Below, piece by piece: positions 11,791 to 24,300 of a stretch of 30,571 bases of DNA. Made by a program: the position numbers and the translations under genes. Position 1 is the first letter of the stretch; each line of letters opens with the position of its first letter. The DNA lies in the NCBI GenBank assembly GCA_002269645.1, contig NIVC01004943.1:1-30571 (forward strand), given 5' to 3'. Below the pieces are notes generated by a model that saw nothing but the letters and a program-made list of their open reading frames with translations, was not told the origin of the DNA and did not search any database. This DNA is from Macrostomum lignano (Eukaryota).

Positions 11791-14700
11791 CCTGTCTAAA
11801 TAAACATGTTAGTAAATATTTCAGAATGATAAAGAAACTAATTAGCTAAACACAGAAAACATGCTACTCTTTACCAAGTTAACTCAACTCTTTTCTGGTG
11901 GCAAATTTAGTTAAACTACGAACACTAGCACTGCTACTGGATTGTGGATTAATATGCTGCAGCATAATATACTGGCATATAGGCGGTGTGTGCCATGTAG
12001 TTTTTGTGCTTTCAACATTTTTTCTTGGATTTAGTGCATATTTTCTAGAGTTTTTTCAGGCATATTCCATGTTTTTGTACATGCTTCTAGGAATTCTATA
12101 TCAGCAAAAAAACATCCCTTGGTAAAAATTCACCATAAACTAAGTGTCTAGCACTTTCAAGCATTGCTTGATATAAGGAGCATTGGCATGTATATATTGT
12201 CTAGCAAAAATGCTAAATTTATAATAAATTGAGCAGAATTTATAAAAAGTGTCCACAAACTTCTACCATTAAGCAGAGTACTACAGATATTTGTACTATG
12301 CTAAACATATGAAGAAATAAAAAGAATACTTACTTCAAAACTAAAGTCTTAAGTCAAAATTATGCAAACAAAAGGAAAATTCAAGTTAAATTTGACTGAT
12401 AACTACAAAATAAAATGTGAAAGGATGAGTACTTTTAAAAGATATATGTAAATATGACTATAATTTATAAAAATATGGAGCAAAAAGCAAAGCAGAGAAA
12501 AAAAACGTAAATATTTGGCAGAATACAATTAATTAGCTATAAAATAATATTAAAGTACTATACTTCAGTTATATTTCAAATAAAATTTGAAGCTTACACT
12601 TACAGTGTAAAACTGATAACAATTGAATATATTACAATTAAAACTTGTACTTGTAGAATATAATATATTGTACAATAATTATATATAATGTAGTAGGATA
12701 CGAATAAATAGCGTAACAAAACCGAATATTATAGCTACAGATTGAAGCTTGAAAATATTTCAGATTTAGATAGCGTTTGCTTAGATAAGTTGCTTTGAAA
12801 ATTTGGGGTCAAATTTGTCCTACAGCAATAAACTACTGTTAACATAACCGATTTAAATTTAAATTTTTGTAGAAATTATAAGGAACAGAACGACTGAAAT
12901 GTACAGTTTAATTATTTCAAAATTAAATAATTTCGAATTCTATTTTACCTTATTGCTTTCTTCAATTAAATTTTGTTATACAATTTATAAAATGCCTATT
13001 TTCAAAATATACCTCAAAAAGTAAGTTCAACAGCTTTAAAAATGCGCACGTTTTTACACTTCACGGCTCCAAAAAGTCACCATAGAAGATTTTTGCAGGA
13101 CGCAAGACTTTTTACGTTACAAAATAGCACTTTTATGTGCATTTTTTATTCAGTTTCAAAAGGCTTTTTAGTTACCTATTTGGTATTTTTTGTTTTAAAG
13201 ATTTTTGCGAAATCAGGTCATTTTAACTTGTTACGAAACTGTGGACCCACACTTTTACGCAACGCAATGCGCATGATGTCATCTTAAAGCACTTGCTAAA
13301 TGCTATTTATTGACACTACACTGAAGGCCTGGCGTAGGATAGTTAATAAATGGCAGCGTGAAATATAGCAAAAAAACGCATAGTACCGGAACCTCGTAAT
13401 TCGGTAAAATGTTAATAGCGTCAAAATACGAATTTTCGCACACTAACGAAGATGGCAGTCATCTGTACGTGTTTACTGGGCACAATAGTGCTCTTGGAAG
13501 CTAAGAACCTCATAGCGAAAATTAATATATTTTCCGCCCTATGTAGTGCTCAAATGGGTTGTTTTTGCACAAAATCACGTTTTTCGATTTTGAGAGTCAA
13601 TTAAAAATTTTTTTTGCAACTGACAGACGTGAATGTCACTTTTTCTGAGAGTATTCATCTAGATGTTTCTAATAAGTACTAATATGGGTCATTCTTATGC
13701 TTCACCTATCCTTAGTATAGGTACAAAGTCATTATTTCATTTCCAGCAAGTCACGTGACCTGGCCTGAGGTGTACAACGCATCGTGCAATGCCAGCGAAC
13801 ATACACTCAAATTAAAGCACTTTTTAAATGCTAACTATTGACACCACACTGAAGGCCTGGCGTAGCATCGTTAATAAATGGCAGCGTGAAATATAGCAAA
13901 AAAACGCATAACACCGGAACCTCGTAATTCGGTAAATGTTATTAGCGTAAAAATACGAATTTTCGCACACTAACGAAGATAGCAGTCATCTGTACGTGTT
14001 TACTGGGCACAATAGTGCTCTTGGAAGCTAAGAACCTCATAGCGAAAATCAATAAATTTTTCACCCTATGTGTGCTCATATAGGTTGTTTTTGCACAAAA
14101 TCACGTTTTTCGATTTTAAAAGTCAATTATAACAAAATTTTGCAACTGACAGACGTGAATATCATTTTTTCTGACAGTAGTCATCTAGGTGTTTCTAATA
14201 AGTACAAATTTTGGTTCATTCTTACGCTTCACCTATCCTTAGTATAGGTACAAAGTCATTATTTCATTTCCAGCAAGTCACGTGACCTGACCTGAGGTGT
14301 ACAACGCATCGTGCAATGACAGCGAACATACATTCAAATTAAAGTACATCTAAAATGTAGTTCAATGACACCAAGCGCGTCGCGCTCCGGTAATCCGCTC
14401 AAAAGTTACAGGCTAAAAAGTATGTTCGATATGCAAGCCCCCGTACCGTCGTTAAAGTACATTTCTGTACCGGCAGCGACTTCAATAAACTAAGACGAAA
14501 TTTCAAAATATACATATTGTGCGCAATTTAGTTGTGCACCTTGCCTAAAAAGTCTGATTTTCCTAGCATGTCGTCGTTTCTTATTTTTTGTACATTTGTA
14601 TCATGAAAAATACATAAAAATAGCCTAAATCACGTTTATCGACTTTAGCAGTGTATGGCTCAGAGTCAGTGCAACGAAACGGCTCAAAATGTATTATAAA

Positions 14701-17700
14701 CATGTAGATCTTACCTAAATGACCGCATTCATGTACTTTTTAGAGTCTCGCAACAAGGTTGAATTTCCTTTATTTCGGTTCGAATACCTACCCGTCGAAT
14801 ATTCGAATGTAATTAACAGGTGCGAATGTACAGTTAAAGTGAGTATCTTGGTTAAAGTCGTGCGTCATGTAAGAGTCCCAGGTGCCATTGTTAGAATGAC
14901 GCAGCTCAAAGGTCGCGCGAACGCGACACGAAGAAAAAGGAACCCATACAGGTTGGACTTGTACAGCAGCAGTTACATGACCTTCGGCAAAATCCATTGC
15001 AGTAGCACCTGTTTCATCTGTAAAAGAATACAACTCTTAAACAGTGAGGTATGATAATTTTAAGGAATTGAGCATTAATTGTATTTTGCACAAGTCGTAA
15101 ACACTAAAATCTAATTTTCAATATTCGCAAGCAAAGTCAGATGTAAGAAAGAAAATTAACTTGTACTATGCATAGAAATTCAATAAAAAATAAAACTCTC
15201 ACCAGCACTCAAGTAGCCTATAAGTTGCTCATTGTAAGCAGCACCAGAATTGGGCACTTCAGCATCACCTTCGACCACGGGGTATTCCGAAGCAGCCAGA
15301 GCGTCGGCCAGAGCAGCATCATGTTCAGCTAGCAGGGCAGCCAGACCAGCCTCGTCCAGCTTAATCACAGACTCAGTTTTAGCAGCAGCATCAGCAGAAG
15401 CACCAGCTTTAGTCCCAGCAGCGGCAATAGAAGAGGCAGCAGCAGCTTCCGGTTGTACATCTGGCTCTTGAATCTGTTCTTCGCCAGCAGTTAAATCACC
15501 GACAGCAGCAACTTTAATATTATTCTTGGAGCGGCTCCAGTTTTTCTTCTTCGGCCGTCCGCACTTTTTCGCACCTGTTTAAAGTCACAGTAAAAAAGAA
15601 ATTTATAAATCTACCTATATATATATATATATATATATGTCTGTCCATCTATTTCGCTCTAGAGCGTGCCATTCTTGATCAATTTTGATAGCGTTTTTTC
15701 TAAACTATTGCAGATTTTGCACTGATTATACAGTGGTCAAAATTTCTTAAATCTGCTCAAATTCTAAGGGTGTTAAACATTCGAAAATAGAGTTTCTATA
15801 ATTATTTTAATGATCTGTCAAACAAGGTCAGATTCCAATTGAATTTATTCCCTTTGTCGAAACTATTCAGTCGAAACTACTCAGTCGAAACTATTGAGTT
15901 CACACTATTCAGTCAAAACTACTCAGTCAAGATTATTAAGTCTAAACTATTCAGTTGTAACTATTCAGTTGAAATTATTCTGTCTGTCAAAACTATTCAG
16001 GCGAAACTATTCAATCTAAACTATTGAGTGTGAACTATTGATTTGAGCTGCGTCAGTTAAGAGTTTGAAAAATTCACATTTTTAGACATCTGAAAAACAC
16101 TTTTTTACAGAATTACCTGTGAACTATTCAGTGTGAGTTATAGTGTGAACAATTGAGATTTATTGTTTGGTAAATAAATTGTGTAGTGCAGGAACTTTTT
16201 AGTTTGTCTGTTGCCCAAATGGGCAGCCAAGAATGCTAGTAAAAGCTGGTTTCCTAAGGTGTGAATATTAATAATAAAGGTAGGATTGCTTTGAAACTAT
16301 TCCTGAAAGTAGCACCTATCACCTGCAAGTTGCAACAAATGTACAAAACTTACTATTGGCAGCAACAGAAGAAGCACTTGTATCCTTGTTAATGCTAGTG
16401 TTGTCCTTGATGCTGTTTTTGTCGTTGCCCATCCTGTCTAAATAAACATGTTAGTAAATATTTCAGAATGATAAAGAAACTAATTAGCTAAACACAGAAA
16501 ACATGCTACTCTTTACCAAGTTAACTCAACTCTTTTCTGGTGGCAAATTTAGTTAAACTACGAACACTAGCACTGCTACTGGATTGTGGATTAATATGCT
16601 GCAGCATAATATACTGGCATATAGGCGGTGTGTGCCATGTAGTTTTTGTGCTTTCAACATTTTTTCTTGGATTTAGTGCATATTTTCTAGAGTTTTTTCA
16701 GGCATATTCCATGTTTTTGTACATGCTTCTAGGAATTCTATATCAGCAAAAAAACATCCCTTGGTAAAAATTCACCATAAACTAAGTGTCTAGCACTTTC
16801 AAGCATTGCTTGATATAAGGAGCATTGGCATGTATATATTGTCTAGCAAAAATGCTAAATTTATAATAAATTGAGCAGAATTTATAAAAAGTGTCCACAA
16901 ACTTCTACCATTAAGCAGAGTACTACAGATATTTGTACTATGCTAAACATATGAAGAAATAAAAAGAATACTTACTTCAAAACTAAAGTCTTAAGTCAAA
17001 ATTATGCAAACAAAAGGAAAATTCAAGTTAAATTTGACTGATAACTACAAAATAAAATGTGAAAGGATGAGTACTTTTAAAAGATATATGTAAATATGAC
17101 TATAATTTATAAAAATATGGAGCAAAAAGCAAAGCAGAGAAAAAAAACGTAAATATTTGGCAGAATACAATTAATTAGCTATAAAATAATATTAAAGTAC
17201 TATACTTCAGTTATATTTCAAATAAAATTTGAAGCTTACACTTACAGTGTAAAACTGATAACAATTGAATATATTACAATTAAAACTTGTACTTGTAGAA
17301 TATAATATATTGTACAATAATTATATATAATGTAGTAGGATACGAATAAATAGCGTAACAAAACCGAATATTATAGCTACAGATTGAAGCTTGAAAATAT
17401 TTCAGATTTAGATAGCGTTTGCTTAGATAAGTTGCTTTGAAAATTTGGGGTCAAATTTGTCCTACAGCAATAAACTACTGTTAACATAACCGATTTAAAT
17501 TTAAATTTTTGTAGAAATTATAAGGAACAGAACGACTGAAATGTACAGTTTAATTATTTCAAAATTAAATAATTTCGAATTCTATTTTACCTTATTGCTT
17601 TCTTCAATTAAATTTTGTTATACAATTTATAAAATGCCTATTTTCAAAATATACCTCAAAAAGTAAGTTCAACAGCTTTAAAAATGCGCACGTTTTTACA

Positions 17701-19538
17701 CTTCACGGCTCCAAAAAGTCACCATAGAAGATTTTTGCAGGACGCAAGACTTTTTACGTTACAAAATAGCACTTTTATGTGCATTTTTTATTCAGTTTCA
17801 AAAGGCTTTTTAGTTACCTATTTGGTATTTTTTGTTTTAAAGATTTTTGCGAAATCAGGTCATTTTAACTTGTTACGAAACTGTGGACCCACACTTTTAC
17901 GCAACGCAATGCGCATGATGTCATCTTAAAGCACTTGCTAAATGCTATTTATTGACACTACACTGAAGGCCTGGCGTAGGATAGTTAATAAATGGCAGCG
18001 TGAAATATAGCAAAAAAACGCATAGTACCGGAACCTCGTAATTCGGTAAAATGTTAATAGCGTCAAAATACGAATTTTCGCACACTAACGAAGATGGCAG
18101 TCATCTGTACGTGTTTACTGGGCACAATAGTGCTCTTGGAAGCTAAGAACCTCATAGCGAAAATTAATATATTTTCCGCCCTATGTAGTGCTCAAATGGG
18201 TTGTTTTTGCACAAAATCACGTTTTTCGATTTTGAGAGTCAATTAAAAATTTTTTTTGCAACTGACAGACGTGAATGTCACTTTTTCTGAGAGTATTCAT
18301 CTAGATGTTTCTAATAAGTACTAATATGGGTCATTCTTATGCTTCACCTATCCTTAGTATAGGTACAAAGTCATTATTTCATTTCCAGCAAGTCACGTGA
18401 CCTGGCCTGAGGTGTACAACGCATCGTGCAATGCCAGCGAACATACACTCAAATTAAAGCACTTTTTAAATGCTAACTATTGACACCACACTGAAGGCCT
18501 GGCGTAGCATCGTTAATAAATGGCAGCGTGAAATATAGCAAAAAACGCATAACACCGGAACCTCGTAATTCGGTAAATGTTATTAGCGTAAAAATACGAA
18601 TTTTCGCACACTAACGAAGATAGCAGTCATCTGTACGTGTTTACTGGGCACAATAGTGCTCTTGGAAGCTAAGAACCTCATAGCGAAAATCAATAAATTT
18701 TTCACCCTATGTGTGCTCATATAGGTTGTTTTTGCACAAAATCACGTTTTTCGATTTTAAAAGTCAATTATAACAAAATTTTGCAACTGACAGACGTGAA
18801 TATCATTTTTTCTGACAGTAGTCATCTAGGTGTTTCTAATAAGTACAAATTTTGGTTCATTCTTACGCTTCACCTATCCTTAGTATAGGTACAAAGTCAT
18901 TATTTCATTTCCAGCAAGTCACGTGACCTGACCTGAGGTGTACAACGCATCGTGCAATGACAGCGAACATACATTCAAATTAAAGTACATCTAAAATGTA
19001 GTTCAATGACACCAAGCGCGTCGCGCTCCGGTAATCCGCTCAAAAGTTACAGGCTAAAAAGTATGTTCGATATGCAAGCCCCCCGTACCGTCGTTAAAGT
19101 ACATTTCTGTACCGGCAGCGACTTCAATAAACTAAGACGAAATTTCAAAATATACATATTGTGCGCAATTTAGTTGTGCACCTTGCCTAAAAAGTCTGAT
19201 TTTCCTAGCATGTCGTCGTTTCTTATTTTTTGTACATTTGTATCATGAAAAATACATAAAAATAGCCTAAATCACGTTTATCGACTTTAGCAGTGTATGG
19301 CTCAGAGTCAGTGCAACGAAACGGCTCAAAATGTATTATAAACATGTAGATCTTACCTAAATGACCGCATTCATGTACTTTTTAGAGTCTCGCAACAAGG
19401 TTGAATTTCCTTTATTTCGGTTCGAATACCTACCCGTCGAATATTCGAATGTAATTAACAGGTGCGAATGTACAGTTAAAGTGAGTATCTTGGTTAAAGT
19501 CGTGCGTCATGTAAGAGTCCCAGGTGCCATTGTTAGAA

Positions 19539-19586
19539 TGACGCAGCTCAAAGGTCGCGCTGACGCGCGACCTTTGAGCTGCGTCA
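19539..19586. repeat. Perfect 22-bp inverted repeat with 4-nt loop; second copy at 20372-20419
   Basis: TGACGCAGCTCAAAGGTCGCGC-TGAC-GCGCGACCTTTGAGCTGCGTCA. Confidence 0.95.
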
Positions 19587-19805
19587 GTTGAAAGTTGATA
19601 AAAATGCGCATTTTTTGACACTTAAAAAACACACTTTTACAGAATTACCTATCAAGGTAAGCATTTAGCGGAAAATAACCAATCAGTGTCTTGAAGGTCT
19701 GAAAATTCGCCAAAAGTTGGGTTCAATCAATTTTTGACTCCATATTGTGAATCCTTATTTTTTGAGATTCAAGATTTGGACGGGTCTAAAAAAAGTCACT
19801 TTTTT

Positions 19806-19840
19806 GTTGCCATGGCAACCAAGACGCGTTGCTATGGAAC
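19806..19840. promoter_or_regulatory. Pair of RFX X-box-like motifs; copy at 20639-20673
   Basis: GTTGCCATGGCAAC (perfect palindrome) and GTTGCTATGGAAC. Motif match only. Confidence 0.35.
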
Positions 19841-20832
19841 TTTCACGTCACACATCTTGTAGCCCTAAATGTTTTACGTCCATAGAGGGGTCACACATGG
19901 TTTCATCTCAAGTGGTTTTAACTCTGCATCAATTTTATTTTCTAAAACGTTGATTTTACGTTGGGGGAGTCTCCGGGACATCTTATCTCGGTCTCGTTTG
20001 TCCGGAAAAATTGCCAACGAGGAGCGAAGCGAGCGAAGCGCTTATTCTTATTTTCTTATTTTTTGTACATTTGTATCATGAAAAATACATAAAAATAGCC
20101 TAAATCACGTTTATCGACTTTAGCAGTGTATGGCTCAGAGTCAGTGCAACGAAACGGCTCAAAATGTATTATAAACATGTAGATCTTACCTAAATGACCG
20201 CATTCATGTACTTTTTAGAGTCTCGCAACAAGGTTGAATTTCCTTTATTTCGGTTCGAATACCTACCCGTCGAATATTCGAATGTAATTAACAGGTGCGA
20301 ATGTACAGTTAAAGTGAGTATCTTGGTTAAAGTCGTGCGTCATGTAAGAGTCCCAGGTGCCATTGTTAGAATGACGCAGCTCAAAGGTCGCGCTGACGCG
20401 CGACCTTTGAGCTGCGTCAGTTGAAAGTTGATAAAAATGCGCATTTTTTGACACTTAAAAAACACACTTTTACAGAATTACCTATCAAGGTAAGCATTTA
20501 GCGGAAAATAACCAATCAGTGTCTTGAAGGTCTGAAAATTCGCCAAAAGTTGGGTTCAATCAATTTTTGACTCCATATTGTGAATCCTTATTTTTTGAGA
20601 TTCAAGATTTGGACGGGTCTAAAAAAAGTCACTTTTTTGTTGCCATGGCAACCAAGACGCGTTGCTATGGAACTTTCACGTCACACATCTTGTAGCCCTA
20701 AATGTTTTACGTCCATAGAGGGGTCACACATGGTTTCATCTCAAGTGGTTTTAACTCTGCATCAATTTTATTTTCTAAAACGTTGATTTTACGTTGGGGG
20801 AGTCTCCGGGACATCTTATCTCGGTCTCGTTT

Positions 20833-20905
20833 GTCCGAAAAAATTGCCAACGAGGAGCTACGCTCGCTTCGCTCGCTTCGCTCCTCGTTGGCAATTTTTC
20901 CGGAC
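20833..20905. repeat. 26-bp-stem hairpin (1 mismatch) with a GCTCGCTTC-repeat loop
   Basis: GTCCGAAAAAATTGCCAACGAGGAGC ... GCTCCTCGTTGGCAATTTTTCCGGAC. Confidence 0.93.
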
Positions 20906-21309
20906 TGCACTTCGACCTAACTAGTCTCAGATATTTCAATGCCCAAATGACAGGACTCAATGGTAGCAATGGCCTGAGCGGCGTAGTCCTAGCACTGACA
21001 AATGTCCACACTTAAGCATGTCTGAGTTTTAGCTCTCAAAGGACCCTAATTCCTACTAACCTAATAGCTATGTCTTGTTTAGATGGATGGCAAAGAATAG
21101 GTCTATGCGCCTGAAGCAGCAATAGACTCACGCTAACTAAGCTATCAGCTATTTCTTAGAATTGCGCACGTGTGCTGCAACTGCACAATCACTGACTTAC
21201 TGACTGACTTAGCTGCAGGGGGCGTCCGGCAGATGCAGCGAGGAGGCGGAGGAGACCGCCCATTCCGCTAGCCCCTGGCGACCAATGACTTCCGTTGAAG
21301 TGGTGTCGC

Positions 21310-24300
21310 TCAGGGGGACCCGTCGGTCTCGCCTGCAGCGCGGTCCTCCTCACCGATGGTGGGGAAGAAATCAGCTCGTCCGGTGTCCCTGAGGTACCGG
21401 GCGAGCAGCGGGATGCTCTCGGGCCTGCAAACGTCGGAGAGAACCGGGTTTGGCCCGAGGTGAGTAAGCCTGGCCCTGGTGAAAACTGGGCAGTGGCAGA
21501 TAAAATGCTCGGCGTTTTCACTGCCTGAGCGGCAGAAGGGGCACCGCTCCTCGGGTACTTGGCCCTGAAGGAAGCGGTGGCGAGAGAAGCAGCCATGCCC
21601 GGAGAGGGCCATGCTAACTGCTCTGAGGTCTCTGCGGTTGAGCCTGAGGAGGGCTCTACGCAGGAGAGGAGAGGGGCAGGGGACGGCAGCACGGGATTGC
21701 CTACAATTCCGGGTGTCGTGCCACCTGCGGAGATGCTCGGAGTCAGCCCAGCGCTTAACGCGGGAATTGATCACCGAGGCGGGGATGGGGGCACCCGGGC
21801 CCGGCCCCAATAGCGCGCCGGCGGAGCCAGCCTTGGCCAGCAGGTCAGCGCGCTCGTTGCCAGGGAAGCCGGCGTGGCCCGGGATCCATCTGAGCTCCAC
21901 CTGGTTGCCTAGCGCAAGCCCGTTGAGCTGGGTGTTGCAGTCCAGGACGGACCTGGAGCTGGCGGTGCTGCGGCAGAGGGCCCGAAGGGCTGCTTGGCTG
22001 TCAGAGTGAAAAATAAATTTCCGGCCGCTAAGCTGCCTTCGGCGCAGCTCTGCCGCGCAGGAGCTGATGGCAAGCACCTCGCTCTGAAAAACACTGGAGT
22101 TGAGCCCAGTGTGCTGGGAGTAGCTCCACACCACTTCTCCCTTGAAGAAGACGCAAGCTCCGAAGCCTGAAAGACCATGCCTCATAGAGCCGTCAGTGTA
22201 ACAGTGGACTTCAGAGTCGCTCCAGCTGTCACTCGCCTCGTGTCGAGGCTGAATGGTGACCTTATACCTTTGGCTCAGGAGAAGGGTGGCTGGGATCGAG
22301 TCCGTGAGGATGTTGAGCCCGCCACACTCCTCGAGAGCCTTGAGGCAGAGGTCAGAGTGCGGGATAAGCGACCGCTTCTTAAAGGCCCGCACTTTCTTGA
22401 AGGCCACCCCAGCATCCAGAAGACGCCGGGTGCTCTTCGCTGCCTCTCCTTTGATATAAATATCCAAAGGAGGGGCACAGAGGAAGGCATTCATGCCTTC
22501 AAAAGGAGTAGAGGGTGGAGTGCCCATAGTCATGTGGCAGGCTCTGCCCTGGATTTTGTAGAGAGCGTCGAGGTTGCTCTTGACGCTCAGGCCGCTAGCC
22601 CACACGAGGCTGGCGTAACTGATCGAGGGGCGGATGATGGCAGTGTAAATCCACCACAGCTTCCTGGGGGTGAGCCCCCAGGTGGTGCCCACGGCGCGCC
22701 TGATCTGAGCCAGTACAGCCAGGGCTTTTTTGGCTTTAGTTTGAATGTGCGGAGTCCAGTTAAGCCTGTGGTCCAGAGTGAGGCCCAGGCAGCGGACCTG
22801 CTTCTCCATGGAAATATTCTTTCCATAGAGGGTGAGGGGCTTAATGGTCCAGAGCAGTTTGTTGGTAAACATGACTGCTGTGGTTTTCGACTCTGAGAGT
22901 CTAAGGCCACATTGGTCTGCCCAACGCTCCGCTCGTCCCAGAAAGCCCTGCAGAAGGTCTCTGATGGTATCAACCGAGGGGCCCGCGCATATCGCGGTCA
23001 CATCATCGGCATAGCCCACCTTGAGAATGGGGTCGTGGAGATCACTGCAAAGCAACTCATCCATGACCATGTTCCAGAGAACGGGGGTGAGAACGCCGCC
23101 CTGGGGGCCCCCTTTCAGGACAGGCACCGAAAGAGAGCTGCCGCTCAGATGGGCCACAACAGTGCGGTTTCGGATCATGAACATGATCCACCGGACAAGG
23201 TGAGGGTGCGTGGCCCTGGATTCCAGGGCTCTCCAAAAGGCCTCGAAGATGACGTTGTCGAAGGCCCCCTCAATGTCCAGGAAAAGCGAGAGGGCAAAGC
23301 CGCTGCCAAGAACGGCCCTCTCCAGGAAGTCAACAATGACATGGAGAGCACTCTCGGTTGACCTGCCCGCGCGGAAGGCGTGCTGGTTCTGCGAGAGTGG
23401 GAAGCGCTTCAGCTCGACCGAAAGTAGGCGCCAAAGCACCAGTCTCTCGAGGAGCTTGAGGCAGAAAGAAGTGAGGCTGATAGGCCTGAAGGCCTTCACC
23501 GATTGGTAGTCGCTCTTTCCAGGCTTGGGGATAAAGACCACCCGGGCCTCTTTCCATGCAACTGGTACATAGCCCAGCTCCACACAAGCTCGAAGGAGAC
23601 GACAGAGCAGGTCCAGGAAGCGGTGGTTTTTCACCGCCTCGTGCAAGAACGCTGGGTAGATGCCGTCGGGCCCAGGCGCCTTGAACGGGTTAAAGGACCT
23701 TGCCGCTCTAATAATGCGGTCTTTGGTGATCATAGACTTTGCTAGGCCTTGCCCTCCCACTGTGTGGTCGGGCGGGCCCTGCTGAGTCGGAGATTTAGGG
23801 AAAAAACTGCTGAGCATGAGCTCTAGAGTCTCTTCCGAACTCTCTGTGACCGAGCCGTCAGGTCTCTTCACAACAGAGAGTTTAGAAAAACGGTCATTAG
23901 TGAGTGCCTTAACCACGCGGGCTACGGGGCGAGAGCCCTCAAGCCCTTCGCAATATTGGCGCCACTTGGCCGTCTTGGCCCTTCTGACTTGGCCCTTAAA
24001 CTCGTGGATCGCACGGGTATAGGCCTCTCTGTCAGATGGGTCTTTGGTTTTGAGCGCTCGCCTTTGGAGGGTCCTGGCTCGGCGTCGAAGGGCCCCGAGC
24101 TCTGGGTTCCACCAGGGAGCAGATTTCTTGCCTTTATAGGCCTTTAGGGGGCAGGCTGCTTCAAAGGCAGTGGTGATCGCCCCGCCCAGGGAGGAGGCGA
24201 GATCGTCCACCACCTGGCAGTCAGAGAGGTCACTGGGGGGGTCAAGATCCCGAAGGCCGCGGCTCAGCTTCGAGCCAAAGGCGGCCCAATCGGTGTTCCT

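Larger units (their letters stand above)
5635..19560. repeat. Three head-to-tail ~4642-bp units (5635-10277, 10278-14919, 14920-19560)
   Basis: Identical short ORFs recur at offsets of 4643 and 4642. The only differences I found were homopolymer lengths (C6/C5/C6 near 9795/14438/19079; A7/A7/A6). Confidence 0.97.
19219..20858. repeat. 833-bp-period duplication (19219-20025, 20052-20858) with a 26-nt junction filler
   Basis: ORFs recur at +833 (19361/20194, 19747/20580). Confidence 0.95.
1..20920 (-). mobile_element. Helitron2/Helentron-type rolling-circle transposon with internally amplified 5' region; 3' part runs off the left edge
   Basis: RepHel ORF with HUH motif EYQSRGSPHVHG (RGS form typical of Helentron/Helitron2 rather than canonical RGLPH). 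The right boundary is inferred from TT + AGGTCGAAGTGCA followed by a long hairpin (minus strand, 20920 downward). The boundary is much less certain than the family call. Confidence 0.6.

Noticed and set aside
19539-20419. Calling the 833-bp unit a definite MITE with 22-bp TIRs
   Set aside because: No TSD or superfamily signature. The arms only occur back to back as a hairpin, and the duplicated block is better defined as 19219-20025. Kept as an alternative only.
20907-20915. GCACTTCGA shared with the LOA 5' end
   Set aside because: A 9-nt match in opposite orientation is compatible with chance.
21295-24147. Run of plus-strand ORFs antisense to ORF2 (e.g. 22177-22896, 22912-23361)
   Set aside because: They share codon register with ORF2 and are shadow frames expected from GC-rich codon usage.
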